DNA from: the human T2T-CHM13v2.0 reference genome, Homo sapiens | DNA length: 64,000 nt | Assembly (NCBI RefSeq): GCF_009914755.1 | Contig: NC_060926.1 | Strand: one strand, 5' to 3' | Shown: positions 1 to 11,954 of the stretch, one piece after another | Layout: every line of letters starts with the position of its first letter | Position numbering within the stretch: position 1 is the stretch's first letter | Program-made: the position numbers and the translations under genes | Notes under the pieces: generated by a model | Seen by the model: only the letters and a program-made list of their open reading frames with translations | Database searches by the model: none | What the model was told of the DNA's origin: nothing

Positions 1-1399
1 GAAAATCTGCTAGAAATAAGGGAGCGAGGCAAAGCAGCAGGAGAAAACAAGAAGTTACCATTAACAGAGAAAGACCTTAATAAGTGAGCAGAGGCCTGCT
101 TTATCCCAGAACTTACATTTGTTTCCTGTGGATCAGGAAGTAATGTACAAGAATAGCTGGGCTGAGGCTCGTGGGTGGAGAGAATTAAGAATATTACATT
201 AGTAAAACACTTCAGAGAAACAAAAAATACCTGTTTACAGAACTTTTTTTCTTTGCAATAAATAGAACACATTTACTCTCATATATTAGGCTCCCTTAAC
301 CTTTATCCAGAAGTATGATTTGAAAAGGGGAAAAGACTATATAGTTTCAAAAGGTGATTTTAATGAAGAAGCCACATGTAAATTAAACATTAGTTTCATG
401 GCAAACACATTCTCAACAAACAAACTGAAATGTAAGTGAGATCTCGTCATTCCATTTTGGTTGTTTTCCCTGGTGGACTCCAGAAGGGGTTTATTACTTT
501 GGGTTGTTCTCAACCTGAAACCATCCTGTGAGGCACAGTTCAGGGTTCCCTTGGAGTCACACTCATTTTCATATATGTTATCTTCAGGCCCCAATATGTT
601 GTTTCACTAAACTAGAAACTAGTTCATTGTAATCTGCTAACATAAGGGGGAGGAGGCAGAAACCTGATGGCAGCATAAAGGTAAAGTGCATGTGGATAAT
701 GATTCTAATAATAGAAAATTGCAAGTCATCCAGAGACTGGGAATCTGAAGTGTAGGCTTTTCATAATCTGGTATCAACATACCTCTCCAGTCCAATCGCT
801 GGTTATTCATTTTATTAATACAACAATGACAAGTGTTCCTGAAAAAACAAAACTGACATCTTGCCCTGCTGCCACTAAGGATGGGCATATAAATCATATT
901 CCACAGTTAGAAGAAGAGGCACTTTGTACCCTGAAATGAATAATAACTACAACAACAACAAAAATGAGGGTCACTTTGTCTTAATAAATGACACCTTCAC
1001 ATTTCTCGTGATTTGCTGATTCCTTCACAAAATACATTTTCCCCTGACTTTCCAATTGTTAATATCGAAAGAGAGATGATGAACTTGGTCAGTGTAATAA
1101 TCACGTGAGAAAATTCCAGTTTTTCCAACATAAACTGACAAGCTGTAGATCCAGCAGTATTGAAGATGTTGTGTTTGTTGTCCTTTAAATACTACTGTAT
1201 TGTTTAAAGATTACTTGACAAGTCAATTTTTTACTGTCTAGACTCTCTTGCAAATCTTTTTTCTCACTGTTTTGTTATTTCTGAGACAGACTTTCTGAAT
1301 CTTACTGTTTATCCTGGACTCCCAGACCGTGAGCCACACTTTCTTACCTCTGTGTTTGGTTTACACTGTCCTATCCTTCTAAATTTCTTTTTCCTTTGC

Positions 1400-1610
1400 T
1401 TTTCTATCTAGCAAGTGCCTATCCCTTCTTCATGGCCCAGATTAAATCCTGCCACTTCTATAGAAGTTTCAGATTTTGCTTCATTCTAATTACTCTTTTC
1501 AATATGTTCCATACTATTTTGTTATCTTATGACTAGTTACTAATTTTGGAATCTCTACTTTCTGGGATTGTACCTGGCATTTAGTAAATATTAATAAATG
1601 CTGACTAGAG
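1400..1610 (+). mobile_element. L2 LINE 3' end fragment (ancient)
   Basis: L2-like motifs 'cttcatggcccagattaaatcctgccactt' and terminal 'cctggcatttagtaaatattaataaatgctgact'; highly diverged. Confidence 0.45.
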
Positions 1611-2194
1611 AGGATTACTGATCATATGAGAGATACTTTGGAACACTCCATCAAATTTAACATTTTGATAGTGACCTACTTTGCCTACGTATTAGTCTGC
1701 TCTTTCTCAAATATATATAATTCACATAAAATTATCACTAAAGCAAAATATACAATTGTAAAGAATACTAAATATATCAATTTTGCCTTTGCTTAACCTA
1801 TAAAGTATCAGCTTTTAAAATACAGTAATATTCTAAATATTTTGTCACCTTCACTCAATTAGAGCGATTCCTGCTATTGACTGTAAGTGTCAATAATAAG
1901 AATAGTGCAATTAAATTGGGTGTGTGTGTGAGCAAGAGAGGATCTTACAAAACACTAAGGACCTGAAAAATAAATTCAGCTCTAATAGAAAACAAATTTG
2001 AAATGTATGCTTTTTATGTAAAATACGATAATGTATTCATATAAAATGAGCATTTACTGACAAGCATTCCATATTTTGCTTTGTAGTAAACACTGTGTTT
2101 CTCTTTCTACATATAAAGAAATAAAACTATTATATATTACTCACAACAATAATTCAGTGGTTAAATAATACTTCATTTTGGCTCAAGGAATCAT

Positions 2195-2380
2195 TGAATA
2201 GTTGGACGTATGAGTGCTAGTGTCAGATTGCCTGGGTTCGAATATCAACTTTCCTACAAGTTGTATGATCCTGGTTAGGTGATTGAAATTATTTATGCTT
2301 TACTTTAACAAAATTATTTTGGGAAGAATTTAGAGAAGTGTCTGACAAAAAGAAAGCCTTCAAGTTTAGCTATTATTATT
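2195..2380 (+). mobile_element. MIR SINE fragment
   Basis: 'gtcagattgcctgggttcgaat...tgtatgatcctgg' matches the MIR tRNA-derived head and B box; ends in 'agctattattat'. Confidence 0.55.
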
Positions 2381-2760
2381 TCAATTAATAAAGAGTCACA
2401 GAATATTCACAGAGTGGTTCTCTGCTTTACTGATTGTTACATGATACATACATTCCTAATCTTTTGAATCAAAAGTCAACTCAGAAGTCTTCAGAACTGG
2501 CACAATTTGGGGCAAAATATTCCTATTTCTGAGTATTTTATTTTACTGTAATAATTTTCCAAAGCTCTCTTCATCCACTGATCATTGCAATACTCACACC
2601 TAAAATTCCAATTTTGTCTTGTGCTGTTACTTTTGCTATGGTTTTAAATAAAATTTTTTCAGATTATTAGTAGGGAATTGAATGATTTGACATTTTCTTT
2701 AATGCCTAGATTTCACTGAGCAATTATTAAGTCTAGGCAACACTGTTGATTGCATCTATA

Positions 2761-2799
2761 ATTTAGTGCAATATAAATTATATTTAGTGCAATATAAAT
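2761..2799. repeat. Short tandem duplication (18-mer x2, period 21)
   Basis: atttagtgcaatataaat at 2761-2778 and 2782-2799. Confidence 0.9.
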
Positions 2800-5700
2800 A
2801 TAATTCAGTAGAGATTTTAGTGTTCTAAATCTCCAGATCAAGTGATGATATATGCTTAACTTTAAACTTGCTTTATAATATTCATTCAGTATCAGTTCAC
2901 AAGAAGCTAAGTATGACCACTTATAATATTTGAAATTTATAATACAGAAAATAAAATATACTGACAACATATTACCTTCACAAAATGAATTGAATTATAT
3001 GTCTCTCACAAAATAGCACATGCTCATCTAGAAAGCCATCAGTGTCAATGCTTTATGTTTTCCAATGTATCCTAGTTATGACTTTTTTTCCTTCTAAAGA
3101 AGTTGGAAAAAACCAACCAGAAAAAGAAATACAAACAAAAATTAGCTCAAATGAAGCTTGTGGGAGTTTAGAACAGTAAAGTGCAAAGTCATTATAAGGG
3201 CAGAACAACCACGAAAACTAAAAAGTGGTAATTTGTCCTTCTACTGATAGTCTACATAGAAACACAACTTTGGTCATATAGATTCATACTGTAATTGTGA
3301 ATTGTCTGTGGTAGTATTTATTGCCATAATGCTTCAACTACAAAACAAGCCACTGATTATTGCAATGCCCATGACTAAAATTTCAATACATAGGCACCAT
3401 GTATAGAAACTCCATAGACAATTTCCATGACTTCACTTTTTCTCCATAAAATATAATGCCCATGTCTTTGAACATTTTATTTATGCTCTTGGTTATTACT
3501 ATTCTGTAATTTAAAAAAATAACTGTCTAAACTGTCAATATTTTATTTTAACTAGAAATGACTTTAGAAAGCTCAGGCCAGTCACCACAGGACACTTCTC
3601 TGTCACATTTCCCCCCAGAGCTTTTTAATTTATTATATTAATAAGTTTGGTTTCATGATTATAAGCAAACATTTTTTCTGTCTTGAGAAAATATGGAAAA
3701 TACACCTGGAGTAATAATTAGTAACTAAAATTAAAATCTTCTTTACTAAATATAAATTTAATTAGAAATTTTCTAATATACTTTTAACCTCAAAAATTTA
3801 AACTGAAAGCTATAGTTAAGAAAAGTTCTACTAATTCTACACCTATCTTAATCTCAATCATTAAGATGAAGGGCTGGCTTATGAGGCACAATAGATAACT
3901 TCCTGTAAAGATATTTTCCCACCCTGATGCCACATTTTCTGAAATTCCACCACAGAGATTTACTTCACCTGAAAATCGTCATTAATAATTACAAGCCGTT
4001 CTTTTATTTTTAGTCAAATTAACTCACGAACAAATACAGAAGACCTCACAGAGAAAAGCAACTGTTCCCCAATCCATACCACAGCACCACTGCACAGAGG
4101 CTACCACTTTTTGAAAACTTGCAATTGTAATTTTTTATTTCTATACCTTATGATAATTTTATATTTGAATTTTTATTTTGTTCTCAGAATTCTTACTAAG
4201 TAACATGAGGTTATAGTTTACTTGTACCTTCTCTCTGCTTCCAATTATTAGTGATAACAGCCCTAGCAGTTTTTCCATATATGGTCCTTGAAACTTTAAA
4301 TAATGAATATAATATCTATTTTATAGTTCAACTATTTTTCTGTACTTTTAGAATTTAAATTTTGTAAGATTTGAAAATTAACATACTTAAATTCCTTCTA
4401 CCTCTGCTCTTCACATTCGCATCACATTGTAAAGGAAAGATATACCTTTACTGTTATACTTTCAAGGTAGACAAGTCTATAGCTCCTATTTGTTTTAGGG
4501 GACGTTGTCTATATATTGAACCTAAATGTTGGAAATCAAATATCATAGTTTACATTTTATGACCATATAAATATATTTCAATTTATTTTTAGTCTGAAGG
4601 CAATGGCCTGAAAAAGCATTTCTAAAGTTCTATTCAAGCTCGATTCTGATGAAACAAAACCTCTCAGAAAATCTGCCATGATCATGAGGATGCATACTGA
4701 AAGAACATGTGGTATATAGACCAGCTCTGCTGCAATATGAGGAACAGATGCTGGCAAGCTCTTATCCTGACAAAAAGAGGGTCAAACTTCAGGGATTAGT
4801 CATGTAAAGATGAAGGTTTCATGCTTCTCAGGGAACACTTGACTGCAGGTATTTATTGTGTGTGATCCTAGCAGGTCACATTGGGTAACTTGGTGCTAAA
4901 AGATGTTCATGAAGGTCATACGGGTTTCCTAGGTGCGTCCCTATTCCTGAGGCTAAGAGAGTGCTAACACCTTTAAATGGAAAGTTCTGGGAGCAGCCAG
5001 GCTTCTTCCTAGGAGCTCAACTGTTGCTTCTAGTACTTCCATAGATTTTAGGAGAATGGACTGCTCTGCTTCCTACTACTCAGACTCCTAGAATGACCAG
5101 AAATATGAGTATCCAAAGAAAATGAAGATCTCCTTAGGGGATCCAGTAGAACAGTCAGCTCTAAGTGAAATAAAATTCCTGGAGTGGACAAAAGACAATA
5201 AACAAATAATAAAATATAATGACAGAATACAAAGGAGATTCAATTAAAGATTAATACTGTGGAAATAAAGCATAGATTTTTGGTTAAAGATTTAATATGC
5301 AAACCTAAAAACAGAATAGCAACTTGCAAATGAAGTGAAAAAAATAATCTCACAACACAAAATATAAGGTAATGGAAAAATGAAAACTTTTCAGATAGAT
5401 TCAGTATATCAAATATGCAAATTTCAAAAGTGTAAATAGTTGATCTTTTATTGGAGCAAAAGAAACAGATGAGGCATAGGGTCTAACAAAATAAACTGAT
5501 ATAAAACTTTATTTCACTTGCTGAAACTTTCAAGTCTAGAAGTAAAAACACTGAAAATTCCTTATAAAATTGATGTTATCAGTACACTCTCCTAGACCCA
5601 GACTACTATATATTATAGTAGTGATGATTATAAAATATATACAAAATAGCTAGAATATATGATTTCCAACTAATGAAGGAAATAAAGTAAACCATATCAC

Positions 5701-5909
5701 AGTTCTCATCATCTATATTGAAAGCTATGAGGCAGTGGAATATGTATAGAATACAAAAGGGAAAATAATTATGGATGAAAAATATTACATGCAGCAAAGA
5801 TAGCATTCTTCTGTCACAGCAAAAGAAAGATGGTTTTGAGATATTAAAGGATTTTGGATATCCATCACTAACACATGCCATCTGAGTAATTTAGAAACTA
5901 CCCATCCCA

Positions 5910-6060
5910 GAATGGGATTCCTGCGAAGCAGACTTTGAGATGTAGATTTACCTGTGAGAAAAGTATTGGTGAATATTTTCAGAACCTGTGCATTGTGAAG
6001 GAAGCAGGATTGGGCAAAGGATGAGGTTGAATTGTAATGCTTTTGTAATATAGGCTTCCA
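5910..6060 (-). mobile_element. ERVL-class LTR fragment (LTR16-like)
   Basis: 'ggattcctgcgaagcagactttgagatg...gaagcaggattgggcaaagg...gttgaattg' resembles the reverse of the LTR16 3' end; abuts an ERVL internal region. Confidence 0.55.
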
Positions 6061-6069
6061 CTATTTGAT

Positions 6070-8700
6070 TCATATTTTTTACATATTGGGGAATAGCACC
6101 ATATAAAGTTCTTTAAAATGTGTACTATTATGTCCTAGAGAATGATGTTTAATTGACTCGCTTCAAAATTAGGTTACATCACTTTATCAGACCACTTATG
6201 AGTGGTACCATATATATGATATAAAAGTGGATTCTGTGATCCTGGGGCCTCACCTCCACCTCCTTTGTGGTAAAGTAGGTTCCATATCTTATTCAATTAT
6301 ATCTACATTCCTACATTAAACATTCTTAAGCCCTCCAAGGTGCTGGTGAAAGTTGATATATTATTTAAAGATTTTTCACACTTTGTATCAATTTTCCTGC
6401 ATCCACTCATATCATTAGCCCAAGTTTGCTTAACCTTAATCTTCCAGTCTTTCTCTTTTCAGGTCCCTGACCAAGCCTTTGGTCAAGAGTGTGTATATAT
6501 TCTAACCACTTCTATTTTCATACAAGATTGGTCCCCAAGTAAAATGCCCAAATTCTATCCATTAGGAGAATTTTCCCTTACCATTCTCTTTCAAGCCCAC
6601 CCTTGAGTGGGAATATGTGGCAGCTATATTCCCGTAAAACTAGCATACATTTTTGGCTTGCACCACTTACGGAGTCAACTTATCTGTGAACTAAGCTTTA
6701 GGTGTTCCTCTTCTGTCATCTGGTCATACATGATTTTATGTATGGCCATAGCTGTGACATGAGAGAGAAAAATTTTGGTGCAAGCTTGGTGGAGGACATG
6801 AGGTTCTGGACTGCGAGTTTTTGGAACTTGCTTGCTCTCTCCAATCCTCCTTCTGCGAAATTAAAGATGTACCATTTATACCTGACAATGGATTATTATC
6901 TGTACTACTTATATCATGGGTTTGACAGAAGCTGGCTAATGAGGGGAAGTTCTGTCCAACTCTACAAGTCTTTATTGTGATTCTACATATGACGTCTTTT
7001 CCCATAACTTATATTCCGATTTCACAGGTTCCTTAATGTATACCACTAATGTCAGTATGGGTCAATTAGCAAAGCCACTTGCTCAGCAGTTTGGATTTGT
7101 GGCAGAGCCCTTTTCTATTCCGAGTCTCACTCCTATATTATTCAGCTCAGGCTTCCCTAACAAAATATTATAGACTGCATGGCTTAAACAGCCTCAGTTC
7201 CGGAGGGTGGGACATCCAGGATCAGAGTTCTAGCAAAGTAGGTTTCCTTCTGAGAGCTGTTTTCTTGGCTTGTGGGTGGTTGCTATCTCTTCATATGCTC
7301 ATAAGACCTCTTCTTTGTGCACCTACAGATAGAAAGAGAGACAGAGAGAAAGAACAAGCTGTCTGGTATGTCTTCTTTTAAGGACAACAATTCTGCCGAA
7401 TCAAAGCCTCACCCTTATGACTTCATTTAACCTAGATTGTTTGCTTAGAGGTCCAATCTTCAAATACATCCACAGTAAGGGTTAGGGCTTCAACATATAC
7501 ATTTTGGGAAGATATGAATATTCAGTAACAACTCATTTTCTGTCTTCTGAAATATGGCCCAGAAGAGTACTCACAATTATAGAATATTCTGTCTCTAGAA
7601 CCTGAAGACGCCTACTTAGGTATTATTACTCCTTATTAGTAGTGGAAGGTTCAAGATACACCAGATGGTTCTTTACTTTGAAGGGTGTGTCCAAGTATGT
7701 CCCAAACTACTAAATCCCTAAAATCTTTACTTATGTGGTAAAGGTTCCTAAATCATCATAGGACATAGCTCAAACTCTAGGTAGCACATGTGTCTTCCCA
7801 AGACCTCAATGTCTTGCTCATCCAGTCTGGTTAACGCAATTTCAGTGATAGAGCATGCTAGCATATTGAGAGATATCAAATAATCCAAAATTGTTTGAGC
7901 TATATTATGATAGAGGGAAAAAAGACTTAACATAGAAATGTGATGAAACTGAAACCTCTAAATATATGTGATTGTCGTTTTCATGTGAATGTTTACTGTT
8001 TCTTATCTTCTTTAAATGGAGACTGGATGAAGGCCATCACCCATGTATCCTGTAGGTCATCAAGGGTAGTCATTTTTATCAGAATCTAATGTTTTTATTA
8101 TTTGAATATATTTGCTGAGTTTGGGACTCCACTTTTCTTTTTCCACTAGTCTTACAAGAACTCTTACTCCACATTCAAGGGTCCAAAGAAATGCTTAAGT
8201 CAACTTTCAGGTATGTCATATTTCAATCATTTATTCAGGGACTGGCTAAGTGGTCACTAGGTGGAAGTGCAGAGGCAGTGGGATTGCTGTAAGCTGGACC
8301 CAGATCAGTATTGCATCTATTATCAGGCTCTCATACACTTTAACCCTAATGGGCAGTATGATAGGGGGATGAGGGTGAGGGTGAGTATAATAAGACCTCA
8401 GTTCTCTGAATATCAATTGAAATTCAGACTCGGAGTCAAAAAGCCTTTGGAATGTTCAAGTTTTTGCTTTTCCCAGTGTACAGTTACACTCTCCGTACCA
8501 CAGGGATTTATGAGATGACCGATAGAATACAATGGCTCTAGTGGCAAAAGAGAGATGCAGCCAAGAAGGATCCCTCTCAACGTATAAACAGATCAGAGAT
8601 CTCGTAAACAAGTGGTATATTCTTTCTTTCGAAGATGGAACTAATTGACATAAAAAGAGCTCTGGTGCCCAGGAGGAAGTACCTTGCAGATTCCTCATAA
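6070..8700 (-). mobile_element. Degenerate ERVL (HERV16/HERVL-like) internal pol region, interrupted by an MLT1A LTR
   Basis: Minus-strand translation near 6546-6628 gives IAATYSHSRVGLKENGKGKFS*WIEFG (ERVL RNase H ~AALQPHSGVALKDSGEGKSSQWAEL); near 7670-7730 gives VKILGI**FGTYLDTPFKVK (ERVL RT ~VKFLGVQW..CRDIPSKVK); many stops. Confidence 0.75.
7134..7530 (-). mobile_element. MaLR LTR (MLT1A-like) nested in the ERVL internal region
   Basis: 'cctcacccttatgacttcatttaacct...gggttagggcttcaacatat..attttgggaag' is the typical MLT1A/B reverse strand. Confidence 0.8.
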
Positions 8701-8708
8701 GCTGGCAG

Positions 8709-9049
8709 GTGTCTTAGTTAGCTTGGTCTGCTATAATAAAGTACCAGAGACTTGGGTGATTTAGAAACTTATCTTTAATGGTCTGAAGTCTGATATCAGT
8801 GTGCCACATGGTTAGGTTCTTGTGAGGCCCTCTTCCAGGTTTCACATTGTTGACTTCTTATATGCTCACACAGCAGAAGGGGAGCTAGCTGGACTTTTCT
8901 TATAAGAACAATGATTCCATCCATGAAGGCTCTATTCTCATGACATAATAATCTTCCTAGGCCTTACTCCCAAAGACCATTATCCAGGGATTAGGGCTTC
9001 AATGTATGAATTTAGGGCAGAGGGTACACAAACATTCAGTTAATTGCAG
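8709..9049 (-). mobile_element. MaLR LTR (MLT1A0-like)
   Basis: Starts tgtcttagttagcttggtctgctataataaagtacc; ends gggattagggcttcaatgtatgaattt...cacaaacattcagt. Confidence 0.8.
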
Positions 9050-9089
9050 CCCAATGATTGGGTTGTATTAAAAGCATATAAATAAAACA

Positions 9090-11703
9090 AGTACTATGCG
9101 TTTTGGTTACCATAGCCTTGTAGTATAGTTTGAAGTCAGGTAGCATGATACCTCCAGCTTTGTTCTTTTTGCTTAGGATTGTCTTGGCTATATGGGCTCT
9201 TTTTAGGTTCCAAATGAAATTTAAAGTAGTTTTTTTCTAATTCTGTGAAGAAAGTCAATGGTAGCTTGATGAGGATACTATTGAATCTATAAATTACTTT
9301 GAGCAGTATGGCCATTTGCAGGATATTGATTCTTCCTATCCATGAGCATGGAATGTTTTTCCATTTCTTTGTGTCCTGTCTTATTTCCTTGAGCATTGGT
9401 TTGTAATTCCCTTTGAAGAGGTCCTTCACATTCCTTGTAAGTTGTATTCCTAGGTATTTTATTCTCTTTGTAGCCATAGTGAATGGGAGTTCACTCATGA
9501 TTTGGCTCTCTGCTTGTCTGTTATTGGTGTATAGGAATGCTTGTGATTTTTGCACATTGATTTTGTATTCTGAGACTTTGCTGAAGTTGCTTATCAGGTT
9601 AAGATTTTGAGCTGAGGTGAGGGGGTTTTCTAAATATACAGTCATGTCATCTGCAAACAGAGACAATTTGACTTCCCCTCTTCTTATGTGAATACCCTTT
9701 ATTTCTTTCTCTTGCCAGATTGTCCTGGCCAGAACTTCCAATATTATGTTGAAAAGGAATGGTGAGAGAGGGCATCTTTGTCTTGTGCTGGTTTTCAAAG
9801 GGAATGCTTCCAGTTTTTGCCCATTCAGTATGATATTGGCTGTGGATTTGTCATAAATAGCTCTTACTATTTTGAGATACATTCCATCAATACATAGTTT
9901 ATTGAGAGTTTTTAGCATGAAGGGATGTTGAATTTTATCGAAGGCCTTTTCTGCATCTATTGAGGTAGTCATGTCGTTTTTGTCATTGGTTCTGTTGAAG
10001 TGAAGAATTACATTTATTAATTTCCATATGTTGAACCAGACTTGCATCCCAGGGATGAAGCCGACTTGATCATGGTGCATAAGCTTTTTGATGTGTTGCT
10101 GGATTCGGTTTGCCAGTATTTTATTGAGGATTTTCACATCAATGTTCACCAGGGATATTGGCCTGAAATTTTCTTTTTGTTGGGTCTCTGCGAGGTTTTG
10201 GTAATAGGATGATGCTGACCTCATAAAATGAGTTAGGAAGGAGTCCCTCTTTTTCTATTGTTTGGAATAATTTCAGAAAGAATGGTACCAGCTACTCTTT
10301 GTACCTCTGGTAGAATTCGGCTGTGAATCCGTCTGGTCCTGGTACCAAAACAGATATATAGACAAATGAAAGAGAGCAGAGGCTCAGAAATAATGCCACA
10401 CACCTATAACCATCTGTTCTTTGACAAACCTGATAAAAACAAGCAATGGGGAAAGGATTCACTATTTAATAAATGGTGTTGGGAAAACTGGCTAGCCGTA
10501 TGCAGAAAAATATAACTGGACCTCTTCCTTATACCTTATAAATAATTAACTCAAGATGGATTAAAGACTTAAACATAAGACCTAAAACCATTAAAAGCCT
10601 AGAAGAAAACCTAGGCAATATCATTCAGGACATAGGCATGGGCAAAGACTTCATAACTGAAACATCAAAAGCAATGGCAACAAAAGACAAAATTGGCAAA
10701 TAGGATCTAATTAACAAAAGAGCTTCTGCACAGCAAAAGAAACTGTCATCAGAGTGAACAGGCAACTTACAGAATGGGAGAAAATTTTTGCGATCTATCC
10801 ACCTGAGAAAGGACTAATATCCAGAATCTGCAAAGAACTTAAACAAATTTACAAGAAAAAAAAACAAGAAATGCTAACAAAAAGTGGGCAAGGGATATCA
10901 ACAGACACTTCTCAAAAGAAAACATTTATGAGGCCAACAAACATATGAAAAAAAGCTCACATCACTGGTCATTAAAGAAATGCAAATCAAAACCACAAGG
11001 AGATACCATCTCACGCCAGTTAGAATGGTGAACATTAAAAAGTCAGGAAACAACAGATGCTGGAGAAGATGTGGAGAAATAGGAACGCTTTTATGAGTGA
11101 AAGTCTAAATTAGTTCAACTATTGTGCAAGACAGTGTGACGATTCCTCATGGATCTAGAACCAGAAATACCACTTGACCCAACAATTCCATTACTGGGTT
11201 TATACCCAAAGGATTATAAATCATTCTACTATAAAGACACATGTACATGTGTTCTTATTGCAGCACTATTCACAATAGCAAAGACTTGGAACCAACCCAA
11301 ATGTCCATCAATGATAGACTGAATAAAGAAAATGTGGCATATACACACCATGGAATACTATGTAGCCATAAAAAAATAGGTTCATGTCCTTTGCAGGGAC
11401 ATGGATGAACCTGGAAACCATCATTCTCAGCAAACTAACACAGGAACAGAAAACCAAACACCACATGTTCTCACTCATAAGTGGGAGCTGAACAATGAGA
11501 ACACATGGGCACAGGGAAGGGAACATCAACACCAAGGCCTGTTAGGGGTTGGGGGGCTATTGGGAGGGATAGCATTAGGAGAAGTACCTAATGTAGATGA
11601 CAGGTTGGTTCAGTAAAACACCATGGCATGTGTATACCTATGTAACAAACCTGCATGTTCTGCACATGTATCCCAGAACTTAAAGCATAATGAAAAAAAA
11701 AAA
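9090..11703 (+). mobile_element. 5'-truncated, 5'-inverted LINE-1 (L1PA7-like): inverted part 9090-10342 (-), forward part 10339-11703 (+) with 3'UTR and A tail
   Basis: ORF2 RT on minus strand, ORF2 C-terminus and 3'UTR on plus strand. The two parts are contiguous in L1 coordinates (...GCATAGTACT | GGTACCAAAAC...) with 4-nt CTGG microhomology at 10339-10342; ends cccagaacttaaagcataatgaaaaaaaaaaa. Confidence 0.95.
9136..10224 (-). pseudogene. LINE-1 ORF2p reverse-transcriptase domain remnant (362-codon open stretch, frameshifted at both ends)
   Basis: [51 protein letters not shown] motifs of L1 RT; no endonuclease domain or ORF1. Confidence 0.9.
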
Positions 11704-11954
11704 TCCAAACCACACAAAAAAATTAAAACAAAATGAAGCAAAACATGTGTAGCTAGCATGGAATGAAAAATGAAGAACAGCTGAGTTTCAAAACTGGAGC
11801 TGGCACTGAGACTTGCCCAGGAAGGAAGCAAATACTCAAAATGTGTCTCTCAGGGGCCATCTGATCATATATGTATCTCACTAGGAATCTTGTCTCCTCT
11901 CATTCCTTTTCTACTCACTTAAATAAAAATATCTTGTAGAGAAGATCTTTATTT

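Noticed and set aside
9136-10224. 362-aa ORF with a reverse-transcriptase domain as a functional or domesticated gene, or a novel RT system
   Set aside because: It is the inverted segment of a truncated L1. Both termini are out of the ORF2 frame, there are substitutions in conserved motifs (RQGCPLSP to RQRCPLSP), and there is no promoter, endonuclease or ORF1.
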